NCBI RefSeq assembly: GCF_964204645.1
Contig: NC_134034.1
Location: forward strand, 992,001 to 1,056,000
DNA from: Tubulanus polymorphus
Lineage: Eukaryota > Animalia > Nemertea
Length of the DNA stretch: 64,000 nucleotides
Direction of reading: 5' to 3'
The first letter of the stretch is position 1; every line of letters begins with the position of its first letter. Below are positions 38,509 through 50,457 of the stretch, in pieces. The translations under genes were made by a program, and so were the position numbers. A model generated the notes under the pieces. That model did no database searches. It was not told the origin of the DNA and saw only the letters and a program-made list of their open reading frames with translations.

Positions 38509-40175
38509 CAGATCCGAACGGAGGCCCGTTATTAATTCGGCTCCCGGGGATCCGAATCCGAGTGGAGTAGGAAGAATGGTGTCATCAATTATAGTAATGG
38601 CGATACGGGGATTATGACCATTATCGAGTCCGGACTTTGACTGATGTAATTATCGTTAATGTGTATATTAGTGTAACACGGGAGACGAGGGGATGCTATT
38701 GTTAAATAGTATATATATATTTGAGATATACGGGCTTTCGCTACTGACAGTAGCTCCATTTGGTGAATGAGTGTGCCGAGACCGATGAGTGGTGACCAGG
38801 GATTAAGTAAGTACAGTATATGTAGAAGCTAAATAGAGGATAGTCTGCAGCCTGTTGCTCTGAAAGTTGGTTAGACTTAACACAGTTGACATAGCGACAA
38901 TTAAAAGTCATAGTATTTCAAATTTTCACCAACTGCAGCCCCTGATATGTAGAAGATGTATTGAATTTCATCGAGAGCTAACAAATTTGCTAAATCTATC
39001 TCAAACTCAATGGAAATACCATTAATGCCAGTTTCGTTTTAACGCCAGATTGTTCATCAGTCCTAGCAGTCCTGGTAACGGTGGAATTGATGATTGCGTG
39101 ACCTGCTATCTTTGAATAAGAGTAGAACTCATTGTAATTCGGATTACTAGGGTCTGAGCGGGACTGCCCCCCAGATTTCTCAGAATTAAGTAAAAACCAA
39201 ATTATGAATAATAGTTTTAACGGTTCCAGGTTTAAATGGACCAAATATTCCATATCCGAACTCGACGAAAATCCCGACTGCAAGTTCTGCTGTATATATT
39301 AGTGTATGCTACAGGCGTACGGTTATTAGAATTTTTTATGGCTCTCTCGCGGGTAACATTACCGGATGATGTGAACGCCACGGAATAATATATCCATAAA
39401 TCACTCCTCTCGTAAACGTACGGCGCGCGCATTCTAATTGCATTTGCATATGGAAGCTGTATCGCCCCCCGAGCTGCTTTCAGAAACTTTCATAATTTGA
39501 CTAGAGTATTTTTGGGGAGTTGAAAAGGGTTATCAGTTTATAATGACTAGGTCTTGTTAAACAGAATTGTGGTAAGCACTGTGATCTTAGAATTGTATAT
39601 TCTGGACATTGAAATAAAAAGTGATATTCATTTCCAATTACATTTTGGTTGCATTTTAAACAAAATCTCTGGTTTTGAGGTGTATTACTTTATCTACCGG
39701 TTTCAATCGGTAGTTTGTGATTACTACATCTAAACCGGCACAATGTGCGTCGCAATGAAATAGGGAGGTCATGCAAATATGGTTCGAACTTTAGTTGCTC
39801 CTCGATGCGCGATGTAATTCAGGCTAAGGTATACAATACCGCTTATAGAAAATGGGTGAAAACATCGTGAGTCGTCTTTATAAAATGAAGCGTTCGTTTT
39901 CTCGGATACAGGCGATCACAGAGCTGCTTGAAATCATTTACCGCGTAACAACAGTTCAGTTTTTTTTGGATCCAGGAGCTGCACAGCTCGGAGTTAAGAA
40001 GACTCCACTCGTATAGACTTTACTTAGTTCTAGTGGAAATTGGCGCGAGCTATTTTGATCTATAGAGTTAACACGCTAAACTGTTTAACCTGAATAATCT
40101 AGCTCTGATTTTTGCGAGCTCAATTAATGGTCGTCGACCAACAACTCTCCTTTATCCTTCCCCACATGTGACCAG

Positions 40176-40313
40176 GGGCCGGTTCCATGGACAGGGTTTA
40201 GACTTAAGACCGGTCTAAGACAAACGTAGTTCTATAGCCAATCTAACAACTTTAGACCAGTCTTAAGGTTTAAGACCACTTTCGGTCTTAAGTCTTGACT
40301 ATGGAACCGACCC
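40176..40313. mobile_element. ~140-bp GGGCCGGTT MITE family with CWG TSD; other copies at 16069-16187, 17967-18105, ~23713-23847
   Basis: GGGCCGGTTCCAT...ATGGAACCG(G/A)CCC termini, CAG/CTG flanks, internal CTTAAGAC sub-repeats. Confidence 0.8.
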
Positions 40314-40981
40314 CAGAGCTACAACACAACTCCCCAATCTCGCGCGCATCTAGGCCTCTAGTATCGACACGATAACCTTAAAAGGGCAGTTTTTACCCTC
40401 CAATGTGTGTTACTGTGAAAGTATTTGCGGAATTCTCATCTGTTTGTTTATATACGAGCAGCCGATAAAATCTACTCGACGTATCCGTTCAACTCGGTAC
40501 TAGAAAATAAAGTGATTAATGATCACGGTGCTATGTTAACAGCCGCATGTATTATTCCCTGCAACGATTATCGGCCGAACATAGACTAACACTTGACGCT
40601 TAGCCTGCCATCTATCGGAAGTTCGAACAAGTGGAATTGATATAAATGCGAGTTCGCGCGCTTGCTAAAAATGGACTTATCCCAATATATAACATCACCA
40701 TAGCGGAGTGCTCGTTGACTAGTCAACTGACTGACCGTATATTCGAGGATGGATTTACATATCATTTTGGGTTGGACCGACATGCGACTAGCGTGCCATC
40801 TATCTGGCATTCAATCAACTATAATACACGCACGCAATTCGTTATCACGAGTGCATTTATAATTCATAATTGTTTATCTTGAAGAGAATGTTCTGTTCAC
40901 CAACGCCTTCCTTTGTGAATTGCCATCGATGTATATGATCTATCATGAATTTGTATGTTTCGTTTACTTTCAGAAATAAAG

Positions 40982-43900
40982 ATGGCGTTCGCGTTCGAAA
41001 ATGAACCGGATCATGATCCGTTTATCGACTCTCTGCTCGACTTCCAACTCCGAACGAAGCTATCGACTGAACGAAACCAAGCCGTCATTGAACACCGCCG
41101 ACAAATAGAATTCATACTATCTGAGAATAAGAACGCGGCCAATCTAGCCTCCGACCGTAAGGTGTCGCCATCTAGTTTCACCGCGCGTCGCGATCAGGAT
41201 ACGGATAAGGACTTGGACGTGCGGTCGGGTTCGACTAGCCCACCGACGTCAGCGTCACCTGGCGTCGATTTTCCAAATCATCGACAGAAGTCTATCGATA
41301 TTGTGCGGCAGTATATGGCGCGGAATGAATTGGACCCGGCCATCGAAATTCTCCATTACACGTTGCCGAACGACGCGACCAGCAGAAATCTCCTCAGCAC
41401 GATATTTTTCACCAAGGACGCGACGACGATTCCGAGAAACCGAAAGAACATTTGCTATCACGCGATAAAGAAACATTTAGCGCGGGAGGACCCGTCATCG
41501 AGGAGCAGTTTGGGTTTCATCGTCGAAAATTACGTACGGTTGACGACTGATAAATCGATGATACAAAGACCCGTAAGCTATCCGCCTGCGAGATGCCGCC
41601 CCAATGCTCGTCAGTATCCGCCTGCGACTCAGAGTCGTCCCAATAATGGATTGCCTGTTCGTCAGGGTCCGCCTGCAACTCAAAGTCGTCCCGATAATGG
41701 ATGGCCCGCTCGTCAGTGTCCGCCTGCAACTCAGAGTTATCCCAATAATGGATTGCCTGTTCGTCAGTGTCCGCCTGCAACTCAAAGTCGTCCCGATAAT
41801 GGATGGCCCGCTCGTCAGTGTCCGCCTGCAACTCAGAATCATCCCAGTAATCGATTGCCTGTTCGTCAGTGTCCGCCTGCAACTCAGAGTCGTCCCGATA
41901 ATGGATTGCCTGTTCGTCAGTGTCCGCCTGCAACTCAGAGTCGTCCCGATAATGGATTGCCGGTTCAACAGTGTCCGCCTGCGACTCAGAGTCGTCCCGA
42001 TAATGGATTGCCGGTTCAACAGTGTCCGCCTGCGACTCAGAGTCGTCCCAATAATGGATTGCCTGTTCATCAGTGGAACGGAACGGCGTCATCTAGCGGA
42101 AAAGTTCTCAATAACTTCAACACCTCACTGTCCGATTCTGGAATCCCACAACAACGCCACCAGCCACCAGTGTCGAGGCCGCCACCATCCACGGTGCGTA
42201 TTGGAAATCCAGAAACCAAGTCGCAAGAGAATGCATCCGTTCCGCTAGCAGCACCAACATACATCGGACCGTCAACCGCTTCTCGACGGGTTCTTCAACC
42301 AAACGTAGATCACCATTCAGCAGCGCGGGCAAGTTTTCGGACGGCAGAATTGGATTGGAGTTCTTCGTTCTGGTCACCTGCCACCGTACACGCTAAATCG
42401 GTACCAGTTGCATCCGCAACAAAACCTCTATCAGCTACACATACTGCGACACAGTCAGCTGCATCTAAAAGTGTACCAGTTGCAGCCGCTACTAGACCTC
42501 TATCAACTACACATTCTGCATCACAGTCAGCTGCATCTAAAAGTGCTCCAGAAGCAGCCGCTACTAGACCTCTATCAACTACACATTCTGCATCACAGTC
42601 AGGATCACCTAAAAATGTACCAGTTGCAGCCGCTACTAGACCTCTATCAACTACACATTCTGCATCACAGTCAGCTGCATCTAAAAGTGCTCCAGAAGCA
42701 GCCGCTACTAGACCTCTATCAACTACACATTCTGCATCACAGTCAGCTGCATCTAAAAGTGCTCCAGAAGCAGCCGCTACTAGACCTCTATCAACTACAC
42801 ATTCTGCATCACAGTCAGGATCACCTAAAAATGTACCAGTTGCAGCCGCTACTAGACCTCTATCAACTACACATTCTGCATCACAGCCAGCTGCATCTAA
42901 AAGTGCTCCAGAAGCAGCCGCTACTAGACCTCTATCAACTACACATTCTGCATCACAGTCAGGATCACCTAAAAATGTACCAGTTGCAGCCGCTACTAGA
43001 CCTCCATCAGCTACACATTCTGCATCACAGCCAGCTGCATCTAAAAGTGCTCCAGTTGCATCCGCTACGAAACCTCTACCAGCTACACATTCTGCATCAC
43101 AGTCGGCTGCATCTAAAAGTGTACCAGTTGCAGCCGCAACTAAACCTCAATCAGCTACCGATGTACCGCATTCTGCGACACAGTCAGGATCACCTAAAAA
43201 TGTACCAGTTGCAGCCGCTACTAGACCTCTATCAACTACACATTCTGCATCACAGTCAGGATCACCTAAAAATGTACCAGTTGCAGCCGCTACTAGACCT
43301 TCATCAGCTACCGATGTACCACATTCTGCGACACAGTCATCTGCATCTCAAAGTGCTCCAGTTGCAGCCGCGACGAAACCTGCAATTTCTACTGAGGCAC
43401 TGAAACGTGAAGCACCTAATGCAGCTACTGCTGCTGCATCTAAAAGTGCTCCAGTTGCAGCCACGGCGAAACCTGCAATTTCTACTGAGGCACTGAAACG
43501 TGAAGGACCTAATGCAGCCACTGCTGCTGCTGCTGGTGCTGTTGTACCAAAACCAGCAGTTTATTCGGAACCGGCTCCAAAAACTGAACTACTTTACTTC
43601 GACGACTTGGTCCAGTCTGGTTTACTGAACCGATTAGATATCCGTGACGTAGACAACGAACCCGAACCCGATATAGACGTGTGTAGTATAAACACCATCG
43701 ACGAGATTGACGGGCTCGTCATCAAAATCGAACCGCCAGACGATAACGATTCGACGACTCAACCACTAGACGACGCTTTCGATACACCAGAGGGCGCTCA
43801 CGAATCCGTATCGACAGAACTCGAAGTGGACGACGGTTTATTTTCGTTAAGCTGTTTGAATTCGCAGTTAGTTGTTGCTCCCGAAATTGCCGTTTTCACC

Positions 43901-44461
43901 GTTGATGGAGAAACTAGTTGGCTCGTTTGTAAAGGTCAAGGTTGTTCGTTTACGACGACGTCCGCGGTTGCGATGGAAACACACGTGATTGTTGCGCACG
44001 GTATGGTCGATACACGTGATTGTAAGATCACCGTTCCTAAACTCACAGTCCGTGTGACGCGCATCGATGACAGTAATCTTCGGCGTATTTCCGCTTCCGG
44101 TGGCGGCTATGATTGCGCGGATGGTGATGTCACTGATGTACGCAGTTCAACTAACGACGACATTACTGGTGTGCGCATGCGCGATTCAGCAAACGACGAT
44201 ATGACCGATGTGCGCATGCGCAGTGCAACTGACGACGATACCACCGATGTGACTGATGTCACCGACACCGATCTATGTCCAGGCGATGACGATGAAGGTC
44301 ACCTGCCAGCGTCGAGAAAGAGGAAACGTTCGACAGACGACGAGGAGGAGGAGGAGAAGGATGAACCGAGACGAAGAAGGAAAAAGCTAAACTTGCGGTT
44401 CCGGCTCGATCTAAACGAAGAGTTTATAATTAATCGACAATCTGAGGACGATTACGAGGAC
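40982..44461 (+). CDS. Uncharacterised repeat-rich C2H2/PHD-finger nuclear protein, main coding exon
   Basis: Acceptor tttcag| at 40973, ATG in aagATGG context at 40982 (the ORF-track start at 40955 is intronic); 17-aa and 22-aa tandem repeats, C2H2-like CKGQGC...HVIVAH, basic NLS-like clusters; donor GAC|GTAAGT at 44461. Confidence 0.85.
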
Positions 44462-44807
44462 GTAAGTTACAAATATGTCTGTCTCCATTAATCCCCCTAT
44501 GACATCATCAAACTGACTACTACTGATTAGATCCGTGTAAACCTAGGCTTTAGAAGCGATGTCTGCCTCCATTAATCCCCCTATGACATCATCAAACTGT
44601 GTGCTAGTAATTTGATCTACAGACACTTATAGAAAAGATGTCTGCCTCCATTAATCCCTCTTGGATGTCATCAAATTACCTACGTATTGTAGCGTTTCTA
44701 TCTACGAAAGACCCACCACAAAATGGCTACCTTTAAAAACCCCTCCTATGACATCATCGGTTGGTTTAGTGTTGTTACAGTGTGTGTTTATTTGTGTCTG
44801 GTTTCAG

Positions 44808-45035
44808 GATGAGTCGTGCGGTAATTGCGGTAAACAGTTCGACGTGATGGATATAGCGATCGATCCATGGATCCAGTGCGACCTATGTGACGTGTGGTTC
44901 CACGGATCGTGTCAACGTCTGTCTGCCGATGCAGTTCGTCTGCTCGGGCGCACGTCGATACAGTTCAAATGCAGCCGATGCACGCGACTGGCTAGAAAAT
45001 ATCAGAGGAAGCGTTATCGACAGTTCGTCAAATAG
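44808..45035 (+). CDS. PHD-finger exon (last) of the same gene
   Basis: CGNC...WIQCDLCDVWFHGSC...FKCSRC = C4-H-C3; gtttcag| acceptor, phase 0; total about 1235 aa. Confidence 0.9.
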   Translation, partial: DESCGNCGKQFDVMDIAIDPWIQCDLCDVWFHGSCQRLSADAVRLLGRTSIQFKCSRCTRLARKYQRKRYRQFVK

Positions 45036-46156
45036 CACCACCTGTCGACCGATCCGTGGATTCATCGGATGGCACCACCTGGCGTCAGCAGCTATCGAAG
45101 TCCACCTGGGCCAAATTCGGTCTACTCTAGCGCACCTGGTGGCAGAACTGTAGAACAATATGCAGTTAACACGTCATGTATACGTGATCAAACATTATAC
45201 AGTAGCGCATCCTATGATAATCGATTTTTTCCTTTTATATAATATTTACTTAGTTTTGAATACGTGAATTTTATACGTAGCATTTTGTTTATTTTAACCT
45301 TTTAATTTTCTTAAAGAATTATTTGTAAATGTGTAAATAAGTAAATAAGTATACGTGATTACGTAGCTTATGTAGTTTGTCTGCAACCTCTGTTGGCCGA
45401 TTCTAGGCGCCACTGCGTGTCCTAGATTGCCAGGGGTTGTGTTGTCGTGTTGCGGGCTCGCTCAGTTCGCATTGGTGGCCGGCGGGTGATTTTACGCCTG
45501 CTGCCCCCTGCCGAGTGAAAGAGCTGAGCCGCAGCGACGACCGAATCGACGAACGGGGAGACTCCCGATTAACGCAATGCCCAAAAACCTATTCGTTCCA
45601 ATTTGAGAAAAGAAAAAAATCATTATTTTGTACAAGAAAATTGAATGAAACCGCCGATCCAAAACATATTTAATCTTGTTTCGAAATCCAAACGTTTGAA
45701 TTTTTGAATGATATATTTCTCTTTCTAAACGCAATGATTTAGATTAAAAGATCGATTTTCGATATTCGATTTAATAAATTCCCAATCAATTCGGAATCAT
45801 TTTCGTTAGAAAACAAATGAGTGATTTTAAAGAATAAAATCAAGACGAATTTCGTGTATGGCATTTGTAAGTTGAGCGGTCGAGCCTCCCCTAGTAGATC
45901 GAGTGTTCTGTGCTGGAGAGCTGGTTATTAGTGTAAATATGACTCTTGTAGATAAACCAGCGTCAGCAATGAAGTATACTAAAATTGGATTTATTCAGAA
46001 AAGTAAGTCGTGACGATCTGTCTGATGTCTTTAGTTGGAAGAAGGGCACGTCGGTGAATGTCACGATTTAGTTTTTTGTCTGATCGGTTTACTGCCCGAA
46101 ATGGACCCGGCATTCGCGGTGATTGGCTACGAGCGTGCCGGGTCCAGCTGGGATCG

Positions 46157-46290
46157 CTGATTGGTAAAATGAATGCTTCAAATTGAGGTTGCAAGTCGCT
46201 GATTGGTAAAATGAATGCTTCAAATTGAGGTTGCAAGTCGCTGATTGGTAAAATGAATGCTTCAAATTCAGGTCGCAAGTTGGTGATTGG
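46157..46290. repeat. 42-bp tandem repeat, about 3 units, each with CTGATTGG (CCAAT box)
   Basis: CTGATTGGTAAAATGAATGCTTCAAATTGAGGTTGCAAGTCG. Confidence 0.85.
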
Positions 46291-47535
46291 TTAATTGAAT
46301 GTTTCAAATCGAAGTTTCGAATTCAATCTTTTATCACGTTTTATTTTCTTATCTAATCCGATATGATACGTATTACATTAAACATGTAGCGATTGTAAAT
46401 ATGAATACTTTTTTTGTGATTTGCTAATCCAGTGGATTATAGACGATGGATTAACGCGTAGGATTAGAATGGGATTGGTCGGTGAATTCCTATGGAAACA
46501 ACCAGAGGCGTCGCGTCGCCTTCTTGTAAATAATATTGTAAATTATGATATGCATGTTCAACTCTACGAAGAAAGGAATTGGTATTGTTATTAATGTATG
46601 ATGCTTGTATTAATGATTCATGGTGAATAGAATTCGTTTTAAGAAAACAGGAAAAAAAAATTTAAAATAGAAAATGAAACAAAAAAATTTTAAAAATAGA
46701 AAATGAAAAAAAAAAATTTTTTAAATAGAAAATAAAAAAAAAATAGAAAATGAATAAAAATATTATAAAAAATAGAAAATAAAAAAATCAAATACTGTAA
46801 ATATGACTTATAGAAATGGAAAGTTTATGAATGAATTTCGCAATGCTTTAACGATGATTTGAAAGTACAGGATCTGCTTCCAGAGAACCGGCTCCAACTG
46901 TAGGAGTAGAGTGGTTTTAAGACTGTAATGTAATGAATTGAATGTCAATGAAAGAGCGTTTTAAATGAGGAAAGCGATGTTCTGAAGTACAGAGTATTTA
47001 AAACTTTGTAATACATTTATCGTGAATAAAGACAACTGCATGTTTAAAATGGAAAAAACTGTCTCATTTGAGTGTGTTTTGAGGTTGATGCGGAACTCCT
47101 GACCTGGAAAACATCAGAAAAATCTAGAAAAACATCAGGCACAACTCGCAGGGGAATTCTGACTGCCATCGCGCACGCGTATCTTAATCGACGTTATTCG
47201 TGAAAAAATGAATATATCGCAGGCAATATCTTCATAACCCTGCCCTTGATTCACTCAGGGAATTATCTGTTGGAGAACTGAGGGAACTTGTGTAAATTGG
47301 GATAAATTTTCAGGATTGAAACTGACCAGTAATTTCCGTTTCAAACATGGAATAAGTGGATGATTTTACAGAGTGCAACAAGTTCAGTAAACCTCGACCT
47401 CTGTATCTGGAAAACTGCAAAGCCGGGTGCGATGCCCGAGATCAGAGAACATTTTAAAAAAATGATTTCGTTTTTATTTGTCTCTGGTCAAAATAAGTCC
47501 GACGTTTGAAACCATATCCGCCTGCTGTTCAAACA

Positions 47536-47699
47536 CGGTGGAATCTTGTTACGGCGAACTTCACGGGACCAGAAAATCTGTTCGTTATAACCGATAGTTC
47601 GTTATATCCAACATGAAATTAATTAAATTTTCTTACTCGGGAGGAAATTCTATTCCGAAGAATCGTTGTATCCGAGTTCGTTATAACGAGGTTCCGCTG
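47536..47699. mobile_element. Degenerate Tc1/mariner (pogo/Tigger-like) MITE
   Basis: C.GTGGAA.CT.GTTA / TAACGAGGTTCCGCTG|TA termini and internal GTTCGTTATA repeats. Confidence 0.55.
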
Positions 47700-48087
47700 T
47701 AATTATCACCAGTTAGATATCTCTGAATTCGGATGATCGGAAGTTTGTCTAGTTGAACTGAGGAGAACAGCATCTGATGGTTCTTAAAGGTTCGATCTGT
47801 TGTCTGCGCTACTAATAATCATCCTCGCTTTCCAGGGTTTCCTTACCGCTACTGATTATACACAGAAATAAGCTCGAAGTTGCTACTCACCCCCTCTCTG
47901 GTAAGTAGCACAGTTTTCTTGGCTCTGCATCAATTCCGGTGTTGCTTCTACGCAGAGGAAATCAACCACAACAAACGCATTAACATCTCACGGATAGGAA
48001 AAGATGGGATCACTGGTAGCGTTACGATCGTAGGTCGTAACGAAAGGAACCCAGATTTCTAGAAATTTATCGAGCACTTTAATCGCT

Positions 48088-48095
48088 ATGGCCGG
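48088..48095 (+). CDS. Ankyrin repeat and SOCS box protein (ASB-like), start exon (MAG)
   Basis: ATG GCC GG|GTAAGT; phase 2 matches the next exon; upstream UTR exon donor at 47900. Confidence 0.6.
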
Positions 48096-48613
48096 GTAAG
48101 TTCTTTTTCGTTAACATCGAATTTAACTTGATGGTTCCACGTACGTAACTTACAGACGTAATTTTGCCCATTGTCAAGGTCATTTATAGGCAAAAGACGA
48201 TCTCCCTCACTTCCCAAAGCGATTCAGGGGGTGAGACTGTGTACCGAGTTCCCTTTTTCGTTGAGGATATTTGGTCATTTCTTTGGGAGTGAAATTGCCT
48301 TTTGGACATCAAAGGGAATCTTAACTGATGTCAAAAGAGTCAAAATCAGCCACTCGGAATAGGTTTGCCTAATATTGCCTTTTTGAAACGTCCTTTAGTG
48401 CAGGTTTGCCTAATATTGCCTTTATAATGTCCTTTAGTTGTGTGACCAGAGCTTTTCAAAATCATCCCTTTTGAGCAGGTTTGCCTAATATTGCCCTTTT
48501 TAAACGCCATTTTAGATGTGACAATTAAGTCCTTCAAAACCTGTCCCTGGATCCGGCCCTGTTTAGGATACATTTCAACTAAATTTTCTATCGAATTTTT
48601 CGAACGATTTCAG

Positions 48614-48792
48614 AGTTTTGTATTCGGTGAGTAAGAATTCGCCCGACGAACTGAACAAGCATCTACGATCCAAGAGTCTTCACAGTCAGGTGTTACTTAG
48701 TCGAGCTATTCTACTGGCAGCAGAGAACGGGTACGCGGAATGCGTATCGCTACTGTTACAGGCAGGTACACCGGCAGATACTCATACTGCAG
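48614..48792 (+). CDS. ASB-like coding exon 2
   Basis: AILLAAENGYAECVSLLLQAG ankyrin repeat; tttcag| and |gtac; 179 nt. Confidence 0.85.
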
Positions 48793-48943
48793 GTACTTCA
48801 TCGGCTCCCCTTCGAAAATCCCCCTATGACGTCATCATTCGAATTGTGACGCTATACATCCACCATAAATCCCCCATATGACGTCATCAACTTCATGGTT
48901 TATCAGACCGACCTACATTGATCGGTTGATTCTTATCGTTCAG

Positions 48944-49075
48944 GAGGGTATGCGCCGCTCCACCTAGCGGCCAGGGCTGGCCACGCTGACGTCATCAAAA
49001 TTCTCGTCGATGCCAACTGCAACAAAGAGCGACGCGTTTACCGTACCTTCGCTACAGCGCTACACTGGGCGACCG
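48944..49075 (+). CDS. ASB-like coding exon 3
   Basis: GYAPLHLAARAGHADVIKILVDANCNKE...TALHWAT; 132 nt; not in the ORF track. Confidence 0.9.
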
Positions 49076-49291
49076 GTAAGAGTAGTGGGAGAGGGGAGGG
49101 AGGGATGAGTAGGAAGAGAAGGTGAGGGGAGGGAGGCTGGCCCAGAGTTTTTGAAAACATGGCAGTTATCATTTAACAAACACTTAGCACATTTTTTTGT
49201 TCAAAATCTAAGGCATTTACATTGTTTTAATTGATGGCGGTTGAATTTCAATTTGCGGAATAATTCCCGTTTATGAATTTCATGATTTCAG

Positions 49292-50457
49292 CTCGTGGAC
49301 ATGTTGATTGTATGCAGGTGTTATTGGATGCTGGATGTTACATCGACTCGCGAACCGTCCACCAACAAACACCGCTGATGGTCGCCGCCATCAACGACGA
49401 GGTCGACGCCATGAGACTGCTGATCGGACGCGGCGCCGGACTAGAAGCGGTCGATTCGAACAAGGCCACGGCGCTGCAGCTAGCCGTTAAAGAGTGTAAT
49501 CTAGATAGTATGGAATCGTTGATCGAATCGGGGGCCGATATTAACCATCAGGATCGGTATTATAAAACTCCGTTGCACGAGGCTGCACGTGCCGGGCACG
49601 CTTACATCGTGCGCGGGTTATTGCACGCCGGCGCATGCGTACTCAGTATGGACGCGTACGGAATGACCCCTCTGCACTACGCGGCTCATTTCGACAATCC
49701 GACCGTAGTCCGCGTGCTCATAGACGAGGGCGGCTCCGACCCGAAACTCGTAACCAGCCCTCGGAAATACTGGGAGCCCATCCCGTTTTTATTCGATAAC
49801 CTTGAAGAACGGTTCGTACGCGGCATGACCGCGGTGATGCTAGCATGCCAGGCCGGGGCAGTCGCTTCCCTGGGCATCCTTCTCACCTATAATGACGTTA
49901 TAACTTCCGCCAATGATATCGATGATAACGACATGAACGCGTTATTGTACGCATGCGCGGAAGGGAACGCCGAATGCGTAGATATGCTAATGAGGTTGAC
50001 CGATGTTGACCCCGATGGACCGTTCGGTTACGACCATTTAATCACCCCGTTAAACCTGGCGATCGAAAATTCTCAGCTCTCCTGTGTTAGGAGTCTCATT
50101 CGTGCGAATTGCACGATCATGCAGGATCACGTGAGGAAGGCTGTCGTCTGCGGCGGCGCGGAGACCCTCGACGCCGCTCGTCTGCTCGTCCTCGCCATGC
50201 GGTCACCGGTCTCTCGTGACTTGCTGCTAGTGATGACCACCGACCCGGCGTGTCTTACGCAGAAGGATTTCGATGAGTTTCTCGTCTGGGCTGAAGAATT
50301 CGCGGCTCCACGCTCGCTGCTGCAGAGCTCTCGAGCTATCATTCGCGATAGCCTCGGTCGTCGAGTCCTCAACCCGTGCGCTATCGCCACACTTCCGCTT
50401 CCGGCACAGCTTCAACGATATTTGGAACTTACCGACTTGAAATATTTATTTTCGTGA
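49292..50457 (+). CDS. ASB-like coding exon 4 (ankyrin repeats and SOCS box)
   Basis: TPLM/TPLH ankyrin repeats; C-terminal PRSLLQSSRAIIRDSL...LPLPAQLQRYL SOCS box; total 494 aa. Confidence 0.92.

Noticed and set aside
41495-43403. Overlapping 191-331 aa ORFs in other frames and on the other strand
   Set aside because: Shadows of the 51-bp and 66-bp coding repeats.
45420-45490. 7SK or telomerase RNA
   Set aside because: Only short word matches; no paired GAUC motifs, no telomeric template and no P6.1 stem found.
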